A stretch of DNA of 64,000 bases from Catajapyx aquilonaris (GCA_000934665.2 JYFJ02000552.1:1-64000), one strand, 5' to 3'. Positions 50,035 through 64,000 are shown, counted from the first letter of the stretch. The notes: generated by a model not told the origin, from the sequence alone. Numbers and translations are program-made.

Positions 50035-52042
50035 TATAGGGATGTGCAATTACTTTTGGGCGCAGTAGCGTAGTTAATGCGTACAGTGCCTTTAAAGTTT
50101 TGCATCACATCCGCTCCGCCAGTTTCAAAGAAGCAAAAGCCAGCTTGAGGGCCTCTGAATAATCCGGCCTTGGTCCCCTAACGCATCGTCCATGTGCAAT
50201 AGGCGATCAGATCCCGTCAGAGTAAGAATCCGGATGCGACACCCATGCACTTTGTCGTTTTTACCTCATATTTTACCACCTGGACCTCTGCACTTTAAAT
50301 GCACTGTACGCATTAACTACGCACCAAAGCCCAAAAATAATTGCACATCCCTACATTAGTTTTGCGAGTACCATCAGTTTACCTGGCGATTGGGCTCGAG
50401 TTTCCCTTCAGCCTGTATATGCCAAGTGGCTTTAGGGTCCCAACATTGACAATACTTTGCCACATTAGTCAGCTAGTACAAAAGTGAAAGAGAAAAATTC
50501 CACTACTTTTGTAAAGTGGCACACAAAATTTCTGTAATGGTAGAGGGGACTGTTTATCAACATACCCTGGGCATCAAAAACACGGATGGTGGGAAAGAAG
50601 GTGGCCCACCTGGCACAAAATGCATGGAAGGTCAAAAGGCAGCCAGTTTCAACCCAAAACTCAGTGCTCAAATTAGCCAAAGTTTGGAATGACAAGTCGC
50701 ATGCACGCCCTGCACTAATTCCCTCTGAGTCAGGGGGGGATTAGTGCGGGGCATGCATGCGACTTCCACCCTTACTACGAGTAGTTTGTGAGTTACCGTC
50801 TTCTTACATCTGACGGCAGAAAAGTCCACCCTACAAATGTGCATTGCCAGAGGTGAGGCAGGGGAATACAGTGAAACCTGTGTATAGCAGAATCGCATGG
50901 GACCTAAAAGAAATTCCATAATGGACAGGTTTCTGCTATATCCATCAAAAAATACATTGCATCTCCTATGCCCATTCCGGAGACCCAGTACCAAGTGTTG
51001 TGGTTTCGTAAGTTGAGGCTATATAGGTCAGGAGATGCCTGCATGTGCATGTCTTATTTGCAGGTGTTCTTTTGCACTGGCAACATTGCAGAAGACTGTA
51101 GATGGATTAAGAGTGAAAGAAATTTTAAAAATAATTTTAAAACCCACAATTTCTCCACAACCAGATTAAAAGTCATTACATGCACACAAAAAGACAAGCG
51201 CCATAAATAGCAGCTTGTAAGTACATTTGATTGTCCAATCAGGGATGTGCTCCCTTGGTACCAACAATATGCCCTGGGATGTGGTTCCTAATTCTTGCTT
51301 TTGTGCATGCCTCACAAATCGGCCCAATTTTGCCGAAACCCAGTATCTGGCATTTTGCGAGAAATTCAAATTTAACCATGTATGTGCATACAGGAATGAA
51401 CTGCATGCATTAAAAAAATCTCTAGCATGCCTGACGCCACAAGAAAGGAAAATCTGGGGACCTGAAATTTCATCAATGCATAAGTCACTGTGCTGAATCC
51501 ATTCGTGTTTTGGCCTGGTCATGCAAAATTTGAAAATATGCAGATACTGGGTTTTGGCAAAATTGAGCCGAAATATAAAAGATAAAAATGTTAGGTGGGT
51601 GACTCTTCCCCCTATATTGTCAAACAGATGCATGTACGTATAATTCACAGCTGGCAAGGTTGCTGTGGCAGGGTGGTGAGAACGTAAAAGGATCGAATAT
51701 ATTACAAACCTACTCTAGGCTAATGACGCATTTTGAACTTCTGAGGGTCTTCACATCAGGGTTTTACTGCAAATGTTTCTGATGATGGTTTGGAGATCTG
51801 TCAGTCAGAATATAAATGCTAATTACACAATGATGAACACCAATCTGGGATGCATTAAAGAATCTGGTAACATTAGGGGAACCGGCCAACTCAGAAAATT
51901 AATTGCAAACATTAATTTTGATCTGGACAAAAACATAGCATGTCGAGTTAGTTGAGCTGTTAATTTTAGGTGATCCAACAAGCCACTCCAATGGAATAAG
52001 GTGTTCTGAGTGTCCGTCCTTGGGCCCTAAGTGTGTGACATC

Positions 52043-54776
52043 CTACACCTCTGGGGCTTGTGACTCTTCAGGCTGCAGCTCACCTGCATTCTCATCAGGA
52101 GCAGAGGCATCTTTCAAACCATCATCAGCTGTATTTTCAGTCTTTATGACTCCACCCCTCCCATCCAAGGTTGATGCAAATATGTCACAATCTTCAAAGA
52201 CATTTACATTCACAGCATTTTCGTCTACAGTGATGTCATTCATTGGTGTGTCATTAAGTGCAGCCTCACCCATGGTCACTTCAGCAAGTGAAATTGCATT
52301 TAACGAACTTTCCCCAGCTGCGAAGTCATCCGGGGGACTCTGCTTAACTACGACTCCCTTGTGCCCCTTGCAAAAACTCCTCTTGTGTCTGACATACTCA
52401 TTTTTACGCTTAAATGACCTCTGACAGACCTTGCAAGAGAAAGGCCTTGAAAAAGAGTGTACCACCATGTGAAGCTCCAAATGGTGCTTTGCCCTAAACA
52501 CTTTTTGGCAAATGTGGCACTTGTGATGCTCTGTTGCATTCTCAAACACCGTGTCAGCGGCGTTCTCTCCTGACTCCTCAGCAAAGCCCTTAAGTGCGTG
52601 CCCTTCCTCAGTATCAGGCATGTATCCCTCTGAACCTCCCACTAACTGGCCACCCACATTGTGTGACTTCATATGCCTCTTCAAATGAACAACCAAAAAA
52701 AACTTCTTATTGCAAAACTTGCAAAAAAGAGGCTTCCTCTCTCGATGAGCGAGTTGAATGTGGCGGCGAAGGTTCTGAATCTTGATGAATCTTTTCTGGC
52801 ATACATTGCACTTGTGCACAGCAGCAACATCTTCCTCAGGATGTGAGGTCTTGATGTGCCGCTTCAGGTTAGCATACAGGGTGTATGTGCTAGTACAAAC
52901 ATGGCAGCGGTATGCTGCTCCCAAACCATCGTCTTTGGGAGGCATTTTTCCAGGATGAGCTTTGCCAATGTGCATTAGCAAGAGCTGTTTTCGTACATAT
53001 TTACAAGGGCAAAGCTGGCACTGAAACATCTCCCCTGTGGCATCAACTGGCTTTTTGTCTTCGCTAGGAAGTGGCAGCCCTTTCTTATGCACATCCCACA
53101 AGTGGGCCTTTAGCGATGACCTGTGGCCAAAACGTCGGTTGCAAAAGTCACACCTGAAGGGCTTCTCCCCAGTGTGAATGCGCATGTGAGTAATCAATCT
53201 GCTCCTGTACCTAAATGTTTTGTTGCATACCCTGCATTTTGGCGCCTCTGAAGTATTCCCTGTGTGATACTGTTCCATGTGCATCTCCAAATGTGCCTCA
53301 TTCTGAAAGCTTTTGCTGCATACCTGGCATGTATGAGGCGTAGCTTCATTCTGAGGCATCATTTTTCGGGATTCCAGCTCTCTAAGCTCACCTGGCGAGC
53401 TTTCCCTAACAGTGTTGCTGACACTACTGAGAGGCGTGGATGCAGCGCTCCGTCTGTAGTTGCCATGTTGTTCCACATGGGCACAGAGAGCAGATGCAGT
53501 GCGAAAAGTTTTATTGCAGATCCCACAGCGTAACGGAAGATGCTCCTGAAAGGAAAATCAGATTATAAATACCATCATAAACACACATTTTTGGAGTTAC
53601 TAACTACTGACTGGTCACTCAATTATCAGAATTGGACGGTGTTATGCAAAAATGTGTCAACCCACCAATATGTCAATATTGAGTTAAGCCCTGATACCAA
53701 AAGGACCGTTTCATTCAGTTAAAATGAACCTGGCAAAATCTGCACACTTCTGCCATAAATGACCAGTAAGGACACTGAATTAATTTCACTGATTGTGTGA
53801 CATTCAAAGCCCCTTTTCTCAAAACTGTTCTCGTGTGGGTTGACTCATTATTGCATAACACCGCCCTTGAATTAATATTCAGTAGTCCATGGAACATGGC
53901 ATTTGCCACTGTAACCTTGTATTCCTAATTTCCTGCGCCAAAGACCATCACTCACTGAAGTGCTACAGATTGTAGGCCAGGTTTTGTGATCCCCGTGTGA
54001 TTTATCATCAGCCTCACCTACATAATTACGTGCCATATTGTCCTGCTGCACATCCCACTTTTCAAATATGCAGTGCCAAGTGGTAGAAAAATACAAACCA
54101 ACAAGGGGATGTCACAAAATGACTGTGCATCAGACATTGCACCTCCCCCTCACATCGCAGGCACTTCGCAAACTGGTTCCAGTATGTGAGGAGCGGCAAA
54201 GCAAAACCCTCAAGATCCAATGTTGGTGGGAAACGATTTAGGCATGGCATATTGTCCATCACATAGGTTGTGATGCCGGTGTTAAAAGCTGGTCGGGCAA
54301 AATGTGTTAGTTCCATAGTGTATGAGCCCAAAAACTGTCGATTCAAGCAAATACCGCAAGATCCAGCAGCATAGTGCAAGCAAAACCAGCAAGATCTATA
54401 GAAAAGTTTGTGATGGATCTTGCGGGTTTTGCTTTATCGCTCCTCATGTATGCTATGGTATAATAAAGGTTTGTGCTATATACCTCGCAAGAACATCAAA
54501 AAAACTCTGATCGTTGTTGTTGTTATTATTATTACAAGCCTTCTTCAGATGTCACTCACTGTCAGTCCTAATATTTGCAATATTTACCATGTAAGAGCCT
54601 ATAATATCAAGTCTCAATAATTCATCACTTACCTCCTGCAAGCTGCCATGGGACTGATTGTTAGCTGACATGGGATCGACAGAAAAAACTGTCATATCAT
54701 TTGGATCTATGTAGCCTTGAGAAGATTGGAAATCACTGAGTGAATATGAATATGCCTGGCTGCCTTCAGTTTCCAT
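52043..54776 (-). CDS. C2H2 zinc-finger protein (9 C2H2 + 1 C2HC fingers), at least 548 aa
   Basis: Exon 54778-54633 (METEGSQAY...LQE, GTAAGT donor) splices in phase 0 to exon 53545-52043. Ten fingers including an HTGEKPF linker; acidic C-terminus. The upstream exon was not located. Confidence 0.85.
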
Positions 54777-55259
54777 ATCTGTGAAAAATTCAGAAAATTA
54801 GTGTCAAGATATCGTTGGCATTAAGGAGAAAGGGCGAACCGACCATTTTAGAAATTTTAAAGGGGAGCTAATAATAGGTTTTTAATTGCCCTCACAAATC
54901 GCAGTATCACTGTATAAGCTCAAAAAGTATATACTGTATTGGTGCAATGCATTTATGTACTTTGGTGGTCACTATTAGAAAATTATTAAATATATTTAAG
55001 TGCAATCAATTAAATGGATGTTCACCCTTCTTCCTAAATTGTTATAAAAAGAAAGTCCATGTCACCCATAACATTCCCCCTTTATTAGGCATGGATTTAC
55101 ATTTTTCAATAGAAATCGATAGGAGGGGGAGTAATATTGTAACATTAATACTAACAACATAACTATGCGTGGAAACATGAAGGGGGCCCTTGGAACATGA
55201 ATAAAAATATCGTCGGCATAAAGAGAAAGGGAAAATAGACATTTTTAGAAATTTTACAG

Positions 55260-55747
55260 GAAAGCTACGGAGTGATCCTGGCGAAGTTGCGGAAGGCCAT
55301 CATCAGGTGGAAACAACCAGGACTGCTCACTGCTGGGGTCATCCTTCTCCACGACAACGCCTATCCGGACACATCGAGGGACACCATGGCTTTGCTGAAT
55401 GGATACGACTGGGAAGTTCTTCCTCACCCACCCTATAGTACCGACCTAGCCCTCACAGACTATCACTTATTCAGAGCCCTGAAAGCAGACATGGCAGGTC
55501 GGCATTTCCGAAGAGACGATGAGGTGAAGAAGCCTGTGCATGACTGGTGCTGTCAACAGGGCAGCCCTTTCTATTGGGAAGGGATTGAGAAACTGGTCTT
55601 CCGATGGGATAAGTGTGTTCTTCGGTGTGGAAACTACGTCGAAAAGTATATGTCCATTGTCCTCATGTACCCTGTAAGTTTCGTCATTTGTGTTCATACA
55701 GAATAAAGGTTACAGCCTTGGAGACCTTACTTTCTGATCACTCCTCG
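55260..55747 (+). mobile_element. 5'-truncated mariner element (transposase C-terminal half plus 3' terminus)
   Basis: ORF 55272-55706 has LLHDNAYPD, LPHPPYSTDLALTDYHLF and RWDKCV..GNYVEK, typical of mariner. The terminus ...CACTCCTCG|TA is at 55747. Confidence 0.85.
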
Positions 55748-55878
55748 TAAATAGGCACTTGCCTAAAAATCCGGACTCTACTGTTCTGGTTGCCTGTATG
55801 TTGGCTGCACCTGTTTTCCTCTCTACCATATCTTCCAGTAAGGTTATTTTGTTGAACAGCAGGACCGGAGCAGCCCCC

Positions 55879-56230
55879 GGACACTACCCTCTTATCTCCT
55901 CTTATCGACATTGGGGGTCTAGCGGGGTGGGTTGTGGGAGGTGACCGCTTGAGAGCGCTTTGCCCAGTTTTCGTCAGGGGCTAGACCAGTGGCGACACCA
56001 CCGGACTCGGTGGAAGAGAGGCGACTCACTTCTCTATTACTTATGACTCCACTGGACTCCTGTGAACTTCAGTAGAAGAGAAGCGAGTCGCCTCTCTTCT
56101 ACTGAATCCAGTGGTGTCGCCACTGGTCTAGCCCCTCATGAAAAGCTGGCAAAGCGCTCTCATGCAGTCACCTCCAGGCCCCCGCAAACCACCCCATCAG
56201 ACCCCCACAGGTGATAAGAGGGTAGTGTCC
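55879..56230. mobile_element. Fold-back MITE-like inverted repeat
   Basis: ggacactaccctcttatc...aggggctagaccagtggcgacaccac...aagagaggcgactc is mirrored by gagtcgcctctctt...gtggtgtcgccactggtctagcccct...gataagagggtagtgtcc. Confidence 0.7.
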
Positions 56231-56389
56231 AGACCTGAGCCTCATGGTATTTGCGATTTGCAAATTCCCTGGGCACTTCTTCCAAAAAACAAAAGTCTAT
56301 TGCAAATATAGAACACACGGGCGAAATTTTGAGGCCAATCCCAACTCTCTAGGCCATACACAGCGGGAGAAATCATCATCACAGTAGGA

Positions 56390-56910
56390 CAGTGGTTCTT
56401 AACCTTGGGTGCCAGATGTACCTCATGATATTCATACCATAATTTCCAGGTCCTTACCATGTATCGTACCATAATGGTACACAAAAAATACAATAATTTC
56501 GTCAAGTCCAATGTTACTCTGTAACTCCACTTCCATGAAAAAAGTGCTACCTTTCATCAAATAAACACCCCGACACACCCATTCAAATCTCCCAGTCAGT
56601 ATCAGTATGCTCGTGTGACCTTGAACTCCCAAAAAATGCTTCGCCTGCGGGGGGGGCTTGCTCTCCCGCCCTTTACGACAAGTTAAACTATTTCTTTGAT
56701 GGACATTTTATTCACATTAAATATTTTTGTCATGTAATATGTGATTTTCGAAAATTACCATAACGTCGATTCCGCGATCTGGCAGCACTGGGTGCGAGCA
56801 AGGTGCTCCTCTAACTATGAACTTATTCAATCACCCCTGGTATAGGGAGTGCGACAAGGACCAACCGTCTTCAAAGGGGTGCGGAGGCCCGAAAAGGTTA
56901 AGAACCACTG
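56390..56910. mobile_element. hAT (Charlie-like) non-autonomous element
   Basis: TIRs CAGTGGTTCTTAACCTT / AAGGTTAAGAACCACTG, with 8-bp TSD cagtagga / cagtaggg (7 of 8 match). Confidence 0.8.
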
Positions 56911-59900
56911 CAGTAGGGTATTAATAATATAGATATTATAGCAGAACTCTTGGATGAAACAGGCCTTTGGAGTGGCTTTGTGGTGATTTTGGAATCAATC
57001 ATTCATATAGTAGGTGGCGCACCCTTTCTTGACCGGGACGTCATCGTATCGCTTACCAACTCCTAGTCAATGGAAATCTTCTGAATGACAGAGGAAAAAA
57101 TTAAACAAAGGCCTTAGAGATGGGGTGGGAACTTGCAAGGTGGTTTGTCCAGGGAACCATGGTTGCTCTCTCCAGCCCGTGGGCAGAAGGATACTGTGGA
57201 ATTATTTGGAATCAAGTTGTGGCCAAAATAATGGCCGAGTTCCCCAGGAGTTGAAATCCTGACCAGACCAGGTTGTTTCACTAATTTGACAAAAAGTGAG
57301 CAGGCAGCAACTGGACAGGAGATTGGCACAGGAGGATAACATAGAACGGGATACTAGCACCAGAACTGACCTGGCAGGAAGAAAGCTGGTTGCGAGCACC
57401 ACAAACGCAGTGGGCAGCCTATGGGCTCCCATACAAATGGCCGTCCATGACAGGCGAGAGCTATTATCTTTTAGAGCTCTCCTAACAGATCTTAACAATC
57501 CATTTTAAAATGAGTGTGCCACAAAGAGCTGATTTTTTTTTCCCCCCATGCCAAGAATAGTACAGCACATTTAACAGCTGATGTCAATCATGTAACCAAG
57601 CCATTGGGTATGAACAGAAATGACTTTGCAATAAAATCAAGTTCTCCTTCCCAGTCTTTAGTCTCACCTGTTCTTTCAGTTTCCTCCCTTATAGCTGCCA
57701 CCATCCCTCCTCCTTCGCCTTCTCCCCTGATGAGACTCTCAAGGGCTGCGATCCTGCCCTCCACCCGTCCCATGGCGATTTCCACCTTCTTCTCCAGCCT
57801 GCTGACTCTGTCCTCCAGCCTTTGCCCCATGGACGTGACCACATTGCGATTTTCTCTCAGGCAGCTCAGAATCTCACGAACTTGGCCCAGTAATCCCCCT
57901 TCCATCATATCTCATGGGGAGGTTATTATCACCCTCCTGGAAATGAGAGATAATTTCCATTCATTCGAAACGCACACACAAATCTTGCCAGAATATTCCC
58001 CTGTCATCATCACTGCCACCCTCCATTCCAGCGTGTATACCTGCAGCTGCCTGTGTGTTGGTTCCTTGGTGTGGGGAGTCTGTGCACAATGGCCTCAACT
58101 CCTCCTCACCAGAGACTGCTCCGTCTCCCTTCTTGCGCCCCACTTTCCCACACCGGGTGGCAGGCAGGCAGGCAGCCTCCTACTCCTCCTCAAAGCGACG
58201 ACGACTGGAACAAGGCACAAGGCAGATGGATGCACACAGACAGACTCCACACACACAATCCGGCTTATGGCTTGGCTGCCAGGAGGGGAAGGAACGAAGA
58301 AGCGGGTTCCCAAGGAGAGAGAGTGGATGGAAAGGAAGGTTAGGTTAGGAGAAAAAGGAAAAGAACAGAACAACTCTGCTTGGCGTCAAGAACCTGTCGA
58401 GTGGTGGACAGGGGGGGGAGGGGGGGGGGTGAAGAGGGGCCAGGAGGGGCAGAGGGGAGGAGGAGGAGGAGGAGGAGAAGCCAAGGGAGGTGGGGGATGG
58501 ATGGAGAGAGGGAGGGCGAGGGAGGGGGGCCAAGAGGACGATCCCATCGACTCGTAATGATGATACGGTACCGTACCACACAGATTCCTCCGGAGATATT
58601 CCGGGTGTAATACCCAATAGGCCGAGTAGTAGGCCGGCAAAAATGTCATGGAGGCGGATAATTTTATTGAGGAGGAAATTAGAATCTGTTGAACACCAGA
58701 GCTGCAAAAACCTAAATACTATAGGCTACGTCACTGACTGTAATATACCTACATTACGTACTATGACAAACCAGAACTCGTACAGCACAATTTTTTTTGT
58801 GCTCCCCGTTTTGATATTGTCCCACGATCATATCTCTATATTCTGTACTTACGTACATCATAACAAATAACAATAGCCAAGAGCTAATTAGCTCTTTGAT
58901 CATAAAATATGGTAGGCTATATACACACTTGCTGGCGACATGGTCAGCATATCATGAATGGAACTGTAGGCGTATAGAAAATTCACTAATATTCGAGCCA
59001 ACATTTCACAATTGATCTTTTTTCTCCCAGCATAATTATATGGGTCGACCAAAGCGATTGTGACATCTGTTGGTTGGATATTTGAGACTCGACGCGATGC
59101 TCCTTATTAGCCTAAATTATCGAAGGCCCTCAGCAGCATATCGACATTATAATAGTCAGGATTGCTGCACCAAGTTAGTGTTTTGGACCGATACAGTGGT
59201 AGATGACCTCCTTTAGATGAAATAAAAATAGAAGACCAAGACCAAGTGAAGCACAGACAGCGGTTGGAATGACCGACGAAAAAGTCACCACGATTTTGTC
59301 ACAAGCAACTGGGTATCCTGCTTCCACCTGGAGGTCGCAAGAGCTGCGAATGGGGAGATTTGAAGAGTATATTGTGCTTACATTACAACTACTATGAGCC
59401 TGGACGTCACAAGACTTGTAAAGCGACATATTAAATGCAGCGATACACGGACCATTTGTGAGGATATGCTGTAGAGGAACTTCGATAATAAGGAGCGTCA
59501 TCGCGTCGAGTCGCTTTATTTCGAGTGCGTATGGAGGGCACTGAAGTTCAATATCCCAGCATGTATTGTTAATGGTGCTGCATTCCCATGAACTAAGGTA
59601 AATTTTAACCCAAGCTTCACGTTTCTAGGAAGAGTGGTAAGAGAAATATATAACTTAGCCCATTCTTTGGTAGGAGCCAATAAAGCAACTACTTAAAAGG
59701 CTATCATCAGGCTATTATAGAAGATGCATAGACGGGAATGATGGAGACAGAAACAAGAAACTTGTCACGTTGGCCACCCTAGTGCCGTACTACTTCTCTT
59801 TGTTGTCTCCTACACCCAGAGAAGACTTTTCCTCCTTGGAGGACTATGCCAGAAGTATCAAATGACACGTGCTGCTGATATACCAGTACTCTATACACTA

Positions 59901-60015
59901 TAGCACTATGGACTACTGGACGATCACCAGCTGCAGTCAGCATATATGCAGGATGACTATTATTATAATTATTGGTTGAAACCCATCACAAGACCAGCAG
60001 GGGAGCAGCAGCAGG

Positions 60016-60052
60016 GGTTTTGAGTACACACGTAGCGTGTGTACTCAAAACC
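60016..60052. repeat. Perfect 17-bp-stem hairpin
   Basis: GGTTTTGAGTACACACG-tag-CGTGTGTACTCAAAACC. Confidence 0.9.
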
Positions 60053-62685
60053 AGCCGTATGTAGAGGTCACTTCTCAATTACGGTACACAAACGGTACAC
60101 TCTGACTCTGTAAACGTTACCTGCAGCAGTGCTGCTAGCATCCCGTAACATTGAATGTATACATGGAAGATATCAGATATGTCTATGAAAATGACATAAT
60201 TCTTCTATATAATAAGTGTAACTCGAACCCGCTGGAATAGCCTATATTATGCTGTTTAATAAACCTGAATGCTGGCAAAGCCACAATAGTGTTCGTTGAC
60301 CTGCGGCGCCACAAGACGGGCAGTAAATGTTGCGGATTCAAAACTCACAATAAGCGCCTAATAGCTCCGCTATCTCTCTGCATTATTAACTAAAATTATC
60401 ACGCACGAGCGACGTACCGTGCCTGGCAGGGCCACAAGACGGACAGTATTGGTGTGGTCACCCCAAAGCCATACAGAAGACACCAACACAACGGTCACAC
60501 TCTTTTTCGTTATTAGCCTAAAGGCCAAGTTGCATTTATGCACTGATTTACATTACTGAAAAAACCTTATTGTGTCCACAGCCATTTGATCCAGTAATTC
60601 TGACCGCAGTCAGCAACCAAAAGGCAGCAGCCATTTTTCACATTTTTATTGCAGCCAAATGACCCACAGACAAATGGCACGGCAGCCAGTTGACCTGCGG
60701 CCAGTTGCCAGTTGTCGGGATACCTGATGCTTCCATATAGTCTACGGCCCTGCCAAGCAGGCGCAAATCTACGTAAATGATGATAGGAGTCATTTTATAT
60801 TGTCATATTTTGACCTGAAGTCGTTACACGCCAGAAAGCTTACAATGCATAATAATGATAACAAAATTCTTCAATGACGTACACGTGACCTCGACGTTCC
60901 ACTGCTGAAATATATACGAGTTTGGATGAGTGAAGGCACAGTTCATTGTTATGCCTACTAAAACTACTATAATATATCACCGGCGCGGCGGTGAAACACT
61001 TGTTATAATACGCTCTGGTGAATGGGCCATGCGGGTATATTTATAGGTGATTGTAGTGGTGAGTTCACTGCGAGACAGCTTGAGGTAAACGCGTTTTGGA
61101 GATTAATATTGATTGCTTGCCTGCAGACAGAAGATTCACGTCTTGTTATCGATTCATACGAGGGGCTCATATTTTCATGCGTAAATAATAGACTAGAATG
61201 TACAGTCCACTGCAACGAAACTAACGCATCAGTAAAAACAATAAAGACTGGCTGCTTATTAACTGCATGGACTTCAACATACGGCATTGCATATAAGATA
61301 ATATGGCTGCTATACAGTATGCATTTATGACTGACTTATTGGCGTCTACAAGATGGTATAGTCTTGGGTACAGCACGCTGCAATAAGTTTTAATACCTCC
61401 AAAGATACTCGTAGGAAGCTGCGCAAAACGTGATAGGTAACTCCAGTCCTATAATATACTGTCGCGTAGGAGCAAAATAGGGCTTACCATATCCAAGAAT
61501 AATCATGTCCTTCGTCCTACCACGTTATAAGTGAGTAATGCGACACATTTTTACTCCACCCAATTTGTTGGAATAGGGTCGACTTAGTGCATAGTACTAT
61601 CATTTTTTTAAAAAAGGCAAGTTACAGTCATGGTCAACGTAACAAATAAGGAAGTTATTTAACCCTGCTGGTTTTCCTCCAGAGAGTTATCGTCTTTCTG
61701 ACTTACTGACATTGGGCTCTTGACCACAAATGCGACTGCCAATAATGACCAGCAGATGGTACCGGATGTGTGGCCGGAATGTAGTACGACAAATTACAGT
61801 CCAGCATGAAGCATAATTATAACATATTATTAACTTACATCTCTCACGCAATACAATGTCTCATCAGTCATCACGTCAGTTGCAGTTGCAATTGACATTG
61901 CAGGCAAAGGGTTTCATCCTGCTAATACCAGCATTTATGAGAAATGCAGACAACGTGCCCGATCTCAACACGTATGATTTCGTATAGGCATGGTAACTGG
62001 CCTTCTCTGAGCATGTTTATCCAATCAATCACCCTCGCTGTACTCGATTACGATGGCTAATTCGGACTGTTATCTTTACTCCACATGTTTATACCCGTAT
62101 AGCGCACATCGTAACGTTCACCCTATGGGACACCCACAGAGGTCTGTTTATTTACAGAGCTATAATTTACGGTATCACCTGTGATTATATTCTCTGCAAT
62201 GCAATGTGTCGTACACCAAGGAGATGATTCAGTATGTCGCCGCCCGCCTCTCTTTCATTTGAAAAATAAACCTAATGTACGGTACGGGGATGGAGTACAG
62301 ACAAGTGACGGGTAAATGATCGTGTGAACGAAATGAAGTCCCGCATAGCTGTCAGGAACACATTCTGATGATAAAGCATTCTGATATGGTGAAGGAGTAT
62401 GGTTTTTTCGGTTTTTTATACCGCCGATATAACTATAGGTATACGTATATCTTACCCTTAATTAAACTGGAAGCACAATCCAATAATAATAATGATAATG
62501 TAATAAATACAGGTCATTATCGTATGACCTCAATATTGTCAACGGTTTCGTAAATATCACAAATCACCACTCCTCCTGCTTACATCAGCGGGAATTATAC
62601 TTGACCAGTGAGAGCCAATCGAGAATGGTGATAAATTCCTTACAGGCCGCCGTCACATACACGGTAAGCAGTAAAACCTTAGAAG

Positions 62686-62770
62686 AGCATCACTGGTGAG
62701 TCTCTCATGGAACATCAATTTTTTAATGCTCGCTCTTTACTTCTAATGCTCCTGCATTGAAGCTCTTGTG
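62686..62770 (+). repeat. Dispersed short repeat, with other copies at about 38315-38390 and 41245-41320
   Basis: All three share the core cact(g/a)gtgagtctc(t/c)catgga...catca.tttttaatgc. Confidence 0.7.
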
Positions 62771-64000
62771 ATACGTTCAATTGACTCCCGTCCCCATTTG
62801 AACAGCTTACTCCAGAACTTGACCTTGTAGGCCGATGGTGCACCATCACCAAACACTGTTCTCATCCTTTCATGGATCTCCTTTGCTTGGTGTTTTCTGC
62901 TCTTTTGTGAGGAACTTAATCACTGACCTATATGCTCCAAATCTACAACTTTCTTCGCAGAGAGGCAGGCACTATCACTTGACCCTGTCACTCTGAGGTT
63001 GAACAAGCTAATACTGTGCTATAATTTGGTGTGAGTCACCCCAAGACATATAATTATTTTGCTGTCTGTGCAAGTTCGGACTTGCACATCTACGCTTTCA
63101 TACTCAGGTAGATAAATTATTGAACCGCCCTCGTATGTATGATATAACGAGGGAGCAAGTCATTCTTGATGTTCCTCGTTACCTATGCTGTAGGTGGCTT
63201 CACAGAAGGAACATCCGAACAGTCATGGAAGTAATTGTCTTACAATATAATCAGTGGTCTATCAGTTGCCACAGAATTACAAGGGGTAATAAAATTTTTG
63301 ACATGCTTTGGTCTATCTGCTCAAATTCTTGGTTCAGAGGGAGCCATAATTACGAGTACGTATGTACGTATGTACCGAGTAAGAAAGTGTCTTTGACTTT
63401 GAAGACTTGGAAATAAGTGGCATTCCAGATGTCAATAATACCAAGATGTGTATAAGTTAGTAGTCTATTTAATCAGGAAGGGGAGTAACACATCGAAGAA
63501 AACACAGCTCACAACACCCACACACAACCGGAGACGAATGCGAAGAGAGAAAGTTCTGACAGTGTACGTAAAGTCAGAATCCACAAGCTAATTACTATGA
63601 CGAATTCTCGTAGTTCTTGCCTCGTGAACTGTTATTTCGCATTTAGCAAAAACCAGATCCAAATTCCGGTAAATGACGGATCACACAATCATGATGTAAC
63701 AGCAGTCAGGCCAGCAGAAGGGCAGTGGAACTTGGCAGTACTCATGTTGTGGATCTTGATCTGAGCTCTGCGATGACATCTTACTGCAACGCAGCACTGA
63801 AGTAACTGACATATTACAGGGACCCTTTGCAGGAGCCATCCTTAAAAAATAATGTATAAATATTATTATGACAGAATCAGCTATCCACAACGGAGAAAAC
63901 ATGAAAACAGTCAAATAGGACGATGTCATTAAGATTTTCTGTGATTGATAGGCCTATTGTAAAGATGATCAATAAAATGTGGCCAGAAAAACAGACACGA

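Larger units (their letters stand above)
49207..50415. mobile_element. Tc1/mariner-type MITE (outer) carrying two nested insertions
   Basis: TA|CAGGGTGAAGGGAAACTCG...CGAGTTTCCCTTCAGCCTG|TA with ~130-bp imperfect TIRs. The left TIR is interrupted by a SINE and by a second MITE. Confidence 0.8.

Noticed and set aside
57514..58557. 347-aa plus-strand ORF
   Set aside because: Low-complexity, non-ATG start, no recognisable domain; likely antisense to the degraded minus-strand segment.
1..64000. CRISPR arrays, rRNA, prokaryotic operons
   Set aside because: No repeat-spacer arrays or rRNA-like sequence seen; the genes are spliceosomal.

Overview
Eukaryotic invertebrate genomic DNA, probably arthropod (inferred from gene families and many 55-100 bp introns). 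No prokaryotic features or CRISPR arrays. From left to right: (1) 0-9.2 kb: four spliced genes for secreted Gly/Ser/Ala(His)-rich precursors with furin-like cleavage and amidation signals, and kB/CRE/AP-1-like motifs in their promoters. (2) 9.9-10.2 kb: a 104-aa single-pass membrane protein missed by the ORF track, with a dense cluster of AGGTCA nuclear-receptor half-sites just upstream. (3) 11.5-45.8 kb: a tandem array of six apparently intact minus-strand NR1-type (HR96/HR97-like) nuclear receptor genes. They share their exon structure, have unusual D/N-S-C-K-A P-boxes, and carry a long acidic tail exon ending in a conserved W-x-D-D-L-F-L-P-like motif. (4) Nested between the fifth and sixth receptors on the opposite strand: two paralogous 5-exon secreted Cys-rich proteins with odorant-binding-protein-like features. 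(5) A 10-finger C2H2 gene at 52-54.8 kb. (6) Many non-autonomous transposons: a 1.33-kb fold-back palindrome, a triple-nested MITE/SINE/MITE, and hAT and mariner relics. All gene models were built by hand from splice signals and reading-frame phase. Family names rest on recognised motifs, not database searches.
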